Assembly: GCA_013239625.1 (NCBI GenBank)
Contig: MU055744.1
Location: 898,355-962,354 of the forward strand
Direction: 5' to 3'
Length of the DNA stretch: 64,000 nucleotides
Origin: Lama guanicoe
Taxonomy: Eukaryota
A program made the position numbers and the translations under genes. Numbering within the stretch: the first letter of the stretch is position 1; every line of letters begins with the position of its first letter. This document shows positions 47,414 through 59,500 of the stretch, piece after piece. The notes beneath the pieces were generated by a model that searched no databases, was not told the origin of the DNA, and saw only the letters and a program-made list of their open reading frames with translations.

Positions 47414-49370
47414 CTGCAAGACAAGAATCCACAGGAGGCCGGTCAGGAATCCACACCGACTAGCCTGCCACCCCTCAGGCCACAGCGGCCACACCAGGCC
47501 TTGGAAAGGCAAGAGACAGCCCTGGGCAGGGCCCCAGGCGCCCCCACCTGCTCCTCAGCCCCACTGATGCAAATTCACACCCAGAGCTCCCCGCCAAGGC
47601 ACCAGCCCCACCCGGCCCGGCTTTAAGGTTCAGGCTGGGCCCGAGGCAGGTGCAGGGAAAGCAGGCTGACGGCTGCTCTGAGACGCCTATCTGGGCAGGG
47701 AGGCCAGGGCGCTGTCCCTGAACCTGCAACCCCACGGGGCCTGTCCACCTGGAATGCCCGGTAGCGGGGAGTTGCCAGCCCCCTGCCCGTCCACTCGGAG
47801 GTCAAGGTGAGAGTCTGGGAACAATAACAATAGCGAACGCTGACACCTCAGAGCACCTACCACGCAGCGCAAACAAGCCCACATCCTCACTGCAGCTCAA
47901 CACGCCGCACCAGCAGGTACACGCCAGGCGCTGCTGCTAACCCGCTTTACAGGTAGGGGCCGAGGCCCTCTGTTCTGCAGCTGCTTCGGGCAGGGCGGGC
48001 CAAGACACCAGACCTCCGGCCCCTCTGACTCAGGGGCCCCAGAGAGGTGCCACTTCCTGTGTGCCCAGGCCAGGCGGCGTGTGGCCCAGGGCGGGGAGCT
48101 TCGAGGTGGGTCTGGTGGAGGGGGCCCAGGAGTGTGCCAGGCCTGGAGATGGGGAACCCACAGAGGCTGTGAAGGGAAGCTGGGACCTCCCACAGACCAG
48201 CCTTTCATCTCTGGGATTTCAAAGCCCCAACATGTGCTAATTAGGCCTCCCTCCCCACCCTGAGGGCTCAGCAGGAAGCTTCCCCAGGAGGGAGGCTCTC
48301 AGGTGGTGAATCCACCGCCCCAGGGACCTAGCAGAACTGAAGGGGACTCAGAGAGGCCCAAACAAGGCAGTGGGAGCTGGAGCTGCAGGCCACAGCTGAG
48401 TCCAGCCTCTGCCCAGCAAGGGGCTAAGCAAGCCACACTCCCTCCCCAGGCCTCAGCCTTCCCATCTGCAAAATGGCCTGTTGGGGCCCTTTCCCACCAG
48501 TCCTGCAGTGATCACACATGCTTCTGAGATGTCGAGTGGGCCACAGGTGCAATGGAGTGGCTTCTGTCCATGCACCAACAGGTCAGGGACATGCCCTACT
48601 GACACCACTCAACAGCCCCAGGATGACTTCGCTTGTCTGAACCTGGGAGTGGCCATGCCCTGAGCATCCCCCAAGTGCCAGGCTCGGAGCAGGAAAACCC
48701 TGTGTGTGCATCGCCCCCAGGTCCTCTCGTCGACACTGGTCAGTGGTGCAAGCTGGGTCTCAGACACACACCGTCACGCTGCAGGACACCGCCACCCACA
48801 GGGAGGGTTGCGACTCAAGCAGGCCTGACTCTGTCCAGCCAGAGCCGAGCTCTCCCCTCAAGAATCTGTCTGTGGAGGTGCTGGGCTGCGGCCAGCCCGT
48901 GGGGCAGGGCAGTCCCCACAGGAACACAGGAGGCCCTGCCACTCCTGCAGGCCCCCTCCTCTGGGAGCACTTACCCATTTCCAACCTGCAGCCCCCACCT
49001 CTGGGCACCTCCTCCCTTGCTCCCCTTCTGAGGGAAGAGGAGCACAGGAAGGGGTCTGGAATTGCTCATTCAAGCCAGGGAGTGGAGGCTAGCAAAAGAG
49101 CCTCATCAGATCCATGTGAAACCCTCGCCATTCACAAAATTGGGAATAAACCATTTCACTGAACTTGAAAATAAGAGCTTTAAGAAATTCCAGAACTCGA
49201 TGGCAGCGACACCTATTGGCAGAGATGGGTACTACAAACCAGCCCTACTAGACATTCAGATCCCTGCACCCACGGGTGGACGCCAAACATGCATGCCCAG
49301 GTGTCTCCCCAGGGTGGCGGGAGAGGACGGGCAGGAAGAGCAGCAGACCCAAGGTCTGGCTGCACTTCCT

Positions 49371-49383
49371 TGACCTCTGAACT
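49371..49383 (-). promoter_or_regulatory. Consensus DR1 nuclear-receptor element AGTTCA-g-AGGTCA
   Basis: Plus strand tgacct-c-tgaact; both half-sites fit RGKTCA. Function untested. Confidence 0.5.
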
Positions 49384-52300
49384 CTTGTGGCCATGTCCAC
49401 CCATCTGGGACAGACAAGGAAACAGGCACTCGTGCCAGTCGCCCAGACTCCCCAGAATGTGCGGTTGCTGCCAGGCAGAGCACCACTGTTGTTTCCACCA
49501 GGCCGCGGGGATACCCAAGAGCCCACCTCCCCGGCCCTCCACCGACCCTGGCTGAGGATCCCTGAGCCCGCTTCACCCCGTGCAGGCGCCTCCCCTTCAC
49601 ACAGTCCCGGGAAGCGCCCTGCTGACCTCGAGCAGGGAGGGAGAGCAGAGCCAAGTGGGGGCTGCGCAGTCTGCACCAGAGCACAGGGGAAGCCGCTGGG
49701 GGACCGGGCTGGGCTGGGAGCGGGGTCCCAGCCCCACTGGTGCATGCAGAAGCCTAAGGGCCTGGCCACCCTGCGGAGCTGCCCACCTTGCTTCTGGGGA
49801 TCTGAGGCCAGAATTCTCACAGCTTCTCCACCTCCACCCCCTGCCCAGGTGATCCTGGCGGACCTGAGGGCTCTGAATTAGAGGAGAGGACTGGGGGCTT
49901 CTCGGGGGCTGCCCTCCTCAAGGGGCAGGGCGTAGCTGGCAGTGACCATCCAGGGCAGGGCCTGCTGCTGGCCCACCACCCCTGCACGGGGAGGGGCGTG
50001 CGGCTTCCAGCTCACACGGCTGCAGAGGCCGCCCCAGGCCAAGGGGGGCCGCTGGGCTTGAGCTCCTTGCTTATTTGCTTGTTTGCTTGCTGCGCCCCAG
50101 CAGGAAGGAGGGGGAGAGGCAGGAGAAAGCTCTGGCCGGAAGGAAGGAGGGAGGGGGGTGGCCTGTTCCACTGCCAGCTGCCGGGCTGCACCCCAAAGCT
50201 TCCTCAGCCCCCCAAGGGACCGCCCGCACCCAGCCCAAGTCTGAGAACCGCCAGGACATCACTAAGATGAGGGGAACAGGCAGGAGAGGAGAGCCAGGTG
50301 CAGGGGCTGCCGGGGGAGGGGCCCAGCCGCCAGCCTCTGGGTGCAGCCAAGCCCCCAGATGTGAAGGGTGGGGCCTGGCTCCCTAGGTAAGCTCCCACCC
50401 TCTGCCCCCCAGGCTCAAGTGTACAGTGACTGTCCCAAACTAGTGAACCTTGAGTCCCCCGGGAGGGGCTGCTCCAGCCAAAGCCCACCCAGGTGACCCC
50501 CGCTGCCCCAGGGCCCCCACTCCAGGCCCTTCCTGCTGACACAGAGCGTCCACGGCAGACACCTTCCCGGAGCCTGGGTGACAATGGGCTGGGTATGTTT
50601 TCTGGAGCCTTCTGCAGAGACACTTTCTGGCCAGGAAGGGAATGTTAGGAAGAAAAGGACAGAATGCTTAAATGCCCATGCTGGCAGAGGGGCCCCCCGC
50701 CACCCTCCACGTGCACGCAGGCTCAGCCTTTTCCGGGCCCCTATCTGTCCCCACCCACTGATAAGCAGTGGCTGCGATAAGGCGTTATTCTGAAACTCAT
50801 ACTTTGGACTTGCAGGGGACTTGTCACCAGCGGTCACCGCACAGTTATCTGATCCTCAGCTCAGCCAGACTGGCGGGGCCAGGGCTGCAGGACGCCAGGC
50901 TCACACCAGACCCAGCCCTAGGAGAGGCTGACACCCGGCTGGCCCCACCCGAGGCGGCAAAACCCAACTGCTGGACCTCTTCCGCTCAGAACCTGGGCCT
51001 CACCGGGCCAGGACGCAGCACCTCACACCACTTACAGCCTCCATGCCCCTTGGGACCAGCAGCAACCCGTGAGACTCAGGGCTCTGGGGATGGAGACCAT
51101 GGCGCACAGGGACCTCCAAAAAGAGACAACCAGTGTCCAGGCAGAGGGACATCCTAGCAGCCCCAACTCGGGCAAAAAGACCTTGAAGCGCTGCCGGATT
51201 CAGTCCAGGAAGGCTGCATGGAAGAGGGGATAGACAGATCTCTCCCTTGACACAAAAAGTGTTTCAGGCCATAAAACTCACTTTAACATGCAAACCTCTG
51301 GAGGCCAGAAGCGGAAGTCACGAAGCAGAGGTGGGAGGTGGAAGGCGTGGGATGCCCGGGAGGCTGGGCGCCCAAAGCAGGAGAGCAGCAACCCTGGGCC
51401 CCGAGCGCGAGGGTCAACAGTAAAGGGAAAGAGCGCTGCAGGGGCGACTGCCCCATCACAGGCGTGTGCAAGCAGAACTAGCACCGCCACTCGGGAACGG
51501 CCGAGCAGGTGGCCTCGAGGTCCCTGTGAGAAGGAAAAGGGACCTCCCCACTGATCAAAATCCCTGAGCTGCACAGGCCCCCTCCGGAAGGCCACCAGGA
51601 CCCTCCTGCCCACCCCCACCCCACGCCCGACTCCCCAGCAGGAAGTCAGGGAACCCCCCCCAAACTCCCTTCCGGCCTCTGCCTGGCAGACGGGGAAGGC
51701 GGGGGAGGTGGCAGGAAATACCAGCCCCACTGCTGCCGGGGTGGGGGCAAGCCCCCGGGACTCCAGCCCCTGCCAGGCAGCTAGGGAACCCCGACTCTTG
51801 AAAAGCGAGGCTCAGGGCTCCTCCACAGCCCTTCTGAATTTGCAGGCCCGATCAAGGCAGGGTCTAAGCAGGCCACAGGTTGGGGCCCAGGGCCCTGGGA
51901 CAGGAGGACATCAGGCCCAGCCGAGCAGGAAGTCCAGCAGAGGCGGGGACAGGCAGCCCAACTGAATGAGCATGGGGACAGGTCCCGCGGGGCTGGAGTG
52001 AGCCGGGGACTTCAGAGAGGGCCCTGCAGGACAGCACAGAACAGGGAAAGTGGACAGGAGGGAAGGGGACACAAAGGGGTGAGGGAGAGCCCCCCCACCC
52101 GGGAGCCAGCACTGGACGGACGAGAACAGGACAGGTTTTAAGCACAATGTGTCCATGTCCAGTCCCCCAACCCCTGCAGCTCTGTGCTCCGGCCTGGGGA
52201 CAGCCCCGGAATCAAAGCCCCACCTCGGGGAGCTCGCAGGCCCTCTGGAGCTTCCTGGGACGCCCACCTCCAGCCCCCACCTTCCGGAAGGACTGCTTCC

Positions 52301-53470
52301 CCTGCCACCCTGGGGAGGGAGAAGTGGCAGCCCAGCGGGGACTGCGGTGGGACCACGGCGGGACCACGGCGCGTCGGGGTTTGGGGGAAGCTGGGGGTGG
52401 CTGGAGCAGAGAAGGGGGAGGCAGGCTCCATGGGGGAGGGGCCTCCAGTACTAGGGGTGGGGGGAGGCAGACGTGCCTGCGACACAGGGTGGGGCCGGCC
52501 CTGGTGGGGAGAACGCCCACCACTCAGTTTCACCTTCTGTAAAACGGACTGCGGGCTGCGAAATGAGGCGGCTCTGATGACCTAGAGAAGTGGGCCCCAC
52601 GCGCCCTTGCAAGGTGGGGTCCCAGCACCTGCCGTGGGCCTGCTCTGACCTCCCTGCAGAGGGTGGACAAGACTCCGGGCCTGTCACCTCCAACCCAGGG
52701 GGCATGGCCAGCTCACTGCCTCCAGCCGAGTCAGTTTACAGCTTAGGTGACCTGGACTGAAATTTCAGTGCCTCTGGGGTCACCCTACCCTTTCCCCAAC
52801 CAATGTCCCCAGCCTCAAATCTCAGCTCCACGAGGAGGACAGGGGTCAGCTCAGCCCTCACAGGTCATCAGGAGAAACTCCAGCCCGCCTCCGGCCCTTC
52901 CCTAAGGCCCTGGGGCCCCAAAGCCCAAGGCGGGCCCACACCAGGCAGGCAGCCTCAGGGGCCCCTCTGGAGAGGACCCCAACCGGCCAGAAGGAACCCA
53001 GCTCTACTCTGTGCCAGGCCCAACACTCCATGGGCCTGCGGGGGCCAGAATCCACGTCCCACCTCCACAAGGGGGACAAGCGTGGCCCAGACGCCACGGG
53101 AGAGATGAGGCGGCGGCGCGTGAACACGCATCTCCTTCACCCACACCCCTCACCGCTCACAGATGCCGAAAGGAAGTGGCTCTACAGGCTTTTGCCCCTG
53201 GACACTCGACGGGGCTCCACCCCCGCAGGCCACACGGAGAGCATGGCCAGCCTCTCCCAGATACTACTGTCTACCACCATCCCACCCAGTCCTCCGCGAC
53301 ACTGGTGGGGATGGCCAGGGGAAGGGCTGAGGGGCAGCAGGCAGAGGGACGCTGAAGGCCGAGGGATAGGCAGGGCACTCTGAGGGACGGACACCAGGAC
53401 CCCAACAACCCCTAGGCCGCAAGGGGACCCAGAGTGACCCAGGGGCTGCAGAAGCAGCAGAGTCTCCCAA

Positions 53471-53535
53471 AATCACCACCATCACCCTGATCATCATCAC
53501 CATCACCATCCTCACCATCGCCACCATCATCCTCA
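53471..53535. repeat. Degenerate (CAT/CAC)n trinucleotide repeat
   Basis: atcaccaccatcaccctgatcatcatcaccatcaccatcctcaccatcgccaccatcatc. Confidence 0.85.
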
Positions 53536-56500
53536 ATATCTGAGCGACCCCTTGCCCTCTTTCTGCACAGACAAGAGGCTGAACCCCAGAGAAGCTAATG
53601 CTGACACAACGGGTTTTGCCACAAGTGGCCCAGGAACGATGTCTCAGGGTTCCGATGGCTGTACTAAGCAGGCCAGGGCTGGTGAGGGGCAGGGGAAGGA
53701 ATGGGAAGTGGTGGCAGCCGCCCTCACCCAGGACACTCATACAGCCTGGGGGCACTGTGGTTGGGCCCTGTGGTGGCAGGTGTGGCTGAAGCCCAGCCAC
53801 TGTGGGGGAAGTGGGGAGCAGAGCCAGGAGGAAAGGGGTGGCCAGAAAGGACTCCCCATGACCAGCTAGCCAGCGCCTGGGCCTGGAAGGAGTCCAGGAC
53901 AGGGCTGAGGGGGGATGGCGCCAATGCACTGGGGAGATCCAGCCAAGGTCTCAGCGGGCACTGCCTCCCGTGCCCAACACCCTGAAGCTGACAGTCCACG
54001 GGGGTGGCAGCCACAGCCCTCACCCCAGGCTCAGCCAGCGTCAACTCAGCATGTCTGCGACGCTCCCCTCACTTCCTGCGGTGGACGCTGCCCGCTCCCC
54101 CGGGCCCGCGGCACTCGGACAGGTGCCCCTGGAAAGTAGGATCTGGGGGCACCCTCGGTGCTGAGCTGCACGCCAACCTGGGGGAAGCGCTGCTCAAGCC
54201 ACCGTGGCGCAGATGAGGGATCTGAGCCCCCAGCTCTTCACCATTTAGGAAAATGTGCTCGGAGAGAGGGACTCAGTGGGGAAACCGGGGACGCACCCTA
54301 GAAGGTTGGGGCCCATCTCCCGCTGGAGGCCTGCTTCCTGGGCCCAGGCCCCTTGGCTGTGTCTGGCCCCTCTCTGCCAGGCCTCCCTGGGTGCACCTGG
54401 GTGCTGCGGGAATAAGACCCCGCAGGCTGCCCACAGCTTCAGGATGATGAGGACCAGGCCTGCTGCAGAGAGAGACACCACTCTCCTGGCCCCATCCTGC
54501 ACACCATGCAGGTGCCCCAAAGGCTGACTTGGGAAATGTCAACTCCCCAGCCTCCCCTCCTCTTGCCCCTGGCTCCAGGGCCTCCTGGACCTGGGGGCAG
54601 GGCCGGTGTCTCGGGAGAAGCCAGGTGAACACAGGCAGAGCCGGCCCCTGGCGAGGACCAGCAGGCAGGCTGGTTCCCAGGGGCCTTGGGGAGGCCGGGG
54701 AGGGGGTGTTGTGGCCACAGGACTAGGGGACCCACCTTAGAGTGCTCGGCCCAGAGCCAGGTCCCCACTTGGGTGCTGTGTTTCCATCCATCCAGCAGGA
54801 TGCCCACCCCAGGGTGCAGGCCACACAGCCACCACCTGCGGCCCCCAAACATGAGGCCAGTCCTTTTAGGAGTGCTCCAAGGTATCTGATTTTACCGAAA
54901 GGCGCCCCACCACCCCGAGACGGCTGGGGGACAATGAGGATTTCGTGTGGCCTCACTGACAGGGCCATCCACCCATCCCAGGGACTCGGAGGTGAGAAAG
55001 GTCCCGCCCAGCCGGCACCGAGGGGGGCGAGGAGAGTGCTGGGAGGGGCAGCGTCTGACTCAGCCGCATCCAGCAGCGCTGCCTCTGGCTGTTTCAGAAA
55101 GTTGCCCCCGACAGGGGGGCTGCCACGTGGAGGCAGCACAGGGCCACCCACCCAGAAAGATGCTCAGGGACCCGAGAGTCCCCAGAGCTGGTTTCCGACC
55201 CCATGGCCAGACCCTCAGCAGGCCAGCCTGCAGCCCCGCAGCCGTCCCTCACCCCCTGCCCTGGGCACGGGAGCAGACACCACCCGGATCTACTGCTGGA
55301 CAGCTGGGCCACGCCCCCCACTCGTGGCCTAACGCGTGCTGCGGGCGGGGCAGCAGTCAAACCCCCAGGCCTGCTGGAATCCCCAGGGGAGGAGGCACAG
55401 GCACAGAAAGGAGGTGACAAGAGGGAGAAGGCCACAGAGCAGCCAGAAGCCAGCTGCAGTGAACCTGTGTGCGGCGCCGTTACCACCGCGGCCTCTGCAA
55501 AACAGAGATTCCCCAAATCCGTGGCCGGCTGGTGGCCTGATGGCTCGTGAAGTCCCCGAATGAAATCGGAGGCTGCGATGCACAGCTAGTCTGGTAGCAG
55601 CGCCTGTGCGGCCCCGGGCGCCAGCATTTACGCAGGAGCTGGGGAAGCCCAGGGACAGAGAGCTGCCCCGCCCCCTCTGCCTGAGGAAGGGGCTGGGGAG
55701 GGAGAGGCGCTCCCCCAGCCAGAGTGAGAGCCGCCGGCCCAGCCAGGACCAGAGCCTGGCTTTCCGCGATGCTCCCGACACACGTCACTCTCACAAAGAC
55801 CCCTCTCCTCGCGGCCAGCCAGGCGGCCGGCACGGGTTCCAGGCGCAGCCCGGTGCCCGGCAGCGACGCCCACTGTGGGGACACGGGAGCACAGAGAGCT
55901 GGAAGCACGCTCACCTCTCCGAGGCCAGGCTGGGGCTCCGGGCGCAGCAGCCTCCCGTCCAGGCAGCGCCCCGAACGTCCCCAGCACCTCAGGGTGCCGG
56001 CCCAGACGGCGGGGGCGGGTGGGCGGGGAGGGGGGAATTCCTGGTGAAACCCCGCCTGTCCCACAGCGGCCTGGGGGGCAAGGGGGCCCCGAGCCTGCGG
56101 GCTGGCTGGGGCGGTTTCTCTTCAACAGGAAAAGACACGATTCTCGTTTCATTCTGAGCCACGCTGCTCTCACTGGCGCAGAGGCCCGCGGCGGAGCTCT
56201 GTCGTGGAATGCCTCCCACCCCTGCCCCGGCGGCTTCTCTCTCTGCCTTTCCTTGCAGCCCCTGTGGGCTGATACTTAGGCCGAGGTTCGCCGGCACCCC
56301 AGCCACCGGTGCTGGAGTGTGGGGACCCGGTAGCCATTAGAGCACGGCGGCCAGGTCAGGGAGAGGGGCCACTCTGACGCAGCTGCCCGGCGGGCGTGGG
56401 CCGGCCTCTGCTGGGGACGTCCCCGGGACCTCCCAGTGCCCTCTGAGCATCTCCATTTCTCGGATGTGGCCCTGATGCCTGGCACCCCAGGGCGTGGTCG

Positions 56501-59500
56501 CAATGGGTGTGGCAGGGCTGAGCCAGAGACCCAGGAGGGCAGCGCGCCCACCCAGCTGCCAACGGGGGCTTTCAGAGACCCCCGCTGCCTTGGGCCATGA
56601 GCTTGACCCCTCGGCACCCTCCCCTAGGCAGGGGCTTACCCACCCCGCACAGACTTAGCCGGTGTCACCAGGCTGGTGCCTGCAGTGTGGAGGCCCAGCT
56701 GGCGGGCCTCTGCAGACAGCAGACAGGGCCTCACCCGTGAGACAGACTGAGAATGGGACATCCGCCCGCTGGAGCGGGGCTTCCCCACCTCAGCCACGGC
56801 GTGGGCGCCTCCCACCTGGACCAGCATAGCGGCCTGACCCTCCCTCTCCACCCAGCAAAGCAGCCACCTCAGACCTCAGCTTATCACCCCCACACCCCTG
56901 CTAAAGGCCCTGCTGGCTCTTCCCTGCTCTGGGGAGACCCCATCTCTGCAGGGCAGCCTCTGGGGCTGGCACATGCCAGGGCTGAGCCTCTGAACCCCCA
57001 GGCACTCTCTCCAGGACGCCAGCTCAGTCTGGGGCCCATGGGGCTGGCAGGATTGGTTCCCAAACTGAGATCTGCCCCCTGCGGACCAGCTGTGTGCCAG
57101 GCTCGGCCCTCCACTTCCCTCCCCAGCCCCGGCAAGGGCAGCAGGAACAGGAGGGTGGGCTCCACTGCACCCAGAGGAGGAGGCCCCGGAGGCCAGGGGC
57201 CAGGAGACGGCTGTGGGAGTGCAGCCCTAAAACGTCCATCCCCGTCCCCAGGGCCTCACTCCTGACACCCCTGGGGCAGCAGCGGAAGACGAGAACTCTC
57301 TTGCCCCTCAACAGGCGCTTCTCAGGGGCTGGCGTGGCAGCAAAGGGGACAAACCAGCTGACCCTGCAGGCCTGAGATGCCAAGGACCCGGCTGGGGCCG
57401 CAGCAAGCACCCATGGCACCACTCAGCCCACAGGGCCTCCAGGCAGGAGGGGGGCTGGAAAGCCATGGCCTCCGTCCACCCAGCACGGCCCCGGGAATGC
57501 CCCACCCGCCCCTTTGCAGAGACGAGAGCCAAAAGTGGGCTCCAATCCGGCCCCGGCCAGGCCACCGCCCGCTCAGCATGCCCTCCCCAGGGCTGTCCTA
57601 GTCATCGGTCACTTGGCAGTATGGCCACCATCCACTCAGTCACCACCAGAACGTCTCGTGGCCCCCATTGTACCCCAAACTCCAAAGCCACCCCCAGCTC
57701 CACAGCACTCCCACCCTGTGTGGCCACCTGGGGCCGGGGCCTCTGCCCTTGCAGGCCCTGCCCCAGGGCCCCTTCCTGGCCCTCTCGGCCTCGCCAACAA
57801 CCACTTCTCTGGGTCGCACAGGCAACTCCAGGGGATGGCCAAGGCCAGGGTCAACAGGAGGAGGAAACCCAGGGCAAGCACGTCCCCACCGCACACTCCT
57901 GTCCTTGGCAGTACCTGCGAGCAGCCTCCGAGACCCGTGGACAGTGCACACTTTTAATACGGGGTGGGGGGTGGGCCGGGCTGGGGGCTGCCATGCACTC
58001 GCAGTGGCAGGGCTGGGTTGAGGGGCCCCAGGGACCAGACCCCAACCCTGGGCGGGGCGTGGGGGCCGGAGCTCAGTGAGGGCAACACGAAGACCCGGCC
58101 CGGAGGAGCGGGAACCCGGAATCACGCCTTCCACGGCTCCAAACCCACCCCGATTCCCAACACCCACACTCAGGCCGCAGAGCTGCAGGGAGAGGGCTCC
58201 ACCCCTCCCGAGGGCGCACAGCCGGCCGGGGGTCCGGGGAAAACAGCAGGGAGCAGTCGGACCCCGTCATCGGCTTCGAGCCTCACCTACCCAGGCCGCG
58301 GACGGCCGCGGGCCCAGGCGCAGGAAGGCCCCGCAAGCGGGTGGGAAGGCCCAGTGCGCTCGGCGCAGCGTCACGCGTGCGACTCACAGGGGCCGTCCTC
58401 GCTCAGAGCTCAGTGGCTCAACTTCACGCACGACGCTGACAGTCTGCTTCGGATGACTTTCCAGAGAGCGGACGAGTGGAGACGGCTGAATGTGGCAGCA
58501 AGAGGTGACAGGCAGGAGGCTACGGTGCAAAAGCTACAAACCGAAGAAAAACCCAGCAGCCAGGTGTGCGTTCTATGCAGAGAAATCCAGATACCCCGAC
58601 GGGGCCAGGCGAGGCCCCCAGTCGCCCACCAGGGAGGCGGTCACGCAGAGCGCCCGGCCCAGCTGCCGGACGGCCACGACGACCGCTCACCCCACACGCA
58701 CGGGCCACAACGACTAAGCACAGAGCAGGTGGAACAGCCCAGGATGCGCTCTGTACGAAGGTAATTTTATCTGATTTTAAATGTCCTGTCATATCAACAA
58801 ACTGACCTGGAAAGTTCTCTTTCCGGCACCCATTTCGCAGACAAGGAAACCAAAGCCAACAGCTGACCAGGCCTGTCCAGGGTTGTGTGCAGCAGGTGGA
58901 CAAGGGACACAGGCACAGGGCAAGCCCCCAAGGAAGAGCTGTGGTCGGCATGTGAACTCGGACCCCCAACAACACCCCCAGAACAGGAAGACAGAGCCTC
59001 CACCCAAACCACGTGCCCGAGAGCTCTTTGCTGCGGGAGCACAGGGGCTTCGAAGAACCCTGGGCTCACAGACTCAGCCCTCAGCGAGCCTCCGCGGTCA
59101 CTCAGCGAGGATGGAAGAAACCGAGCCCAGAATGGCCCGGGGTAGGCTCCAGGTCACCAGCACCCGGGCCGGCCCCAGGACAGGCGTGCAATACACACAC
59201 AGGACGAGCACCGTCTGTGGACCTGTCCCTCAAGTCCTGACCAAGAGAACACGCACGAGGCTTGGAAGCCCCCAGGCAAGACAGCACAGCGCCCAGAGGC
59301 AGTGTCCTTAGCTTCAGGTCCCAGCTCCAAAACCAAGTGGTTCCCAGGGACGGCCCAGGGCAACCCCACCTGGTGTCCACCACCGTCCACATGGCGTGAG
59401 GGAAGCCAGGCTACAGCCCTCTCCATGGACATGCAGGTGAGGCACCCTGGACATGGAGGGCCAAACGCTCATGAGCTACAAGAGGGCTTTAAAGGGCCTG

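Noticed and set aside
47799-47810. DR0-like AGGTCA-AGGTGA; also overlapping half-sites at 5651-5662 and about 18048-18058
   Set aside because: Imperfect or wrongly spaced; expected by chance in 64 kb.
49140-49280. AT-rich patch resembling a DNA-transposon remnant
   Set aside because: Could not be assigned to a family with confidence.
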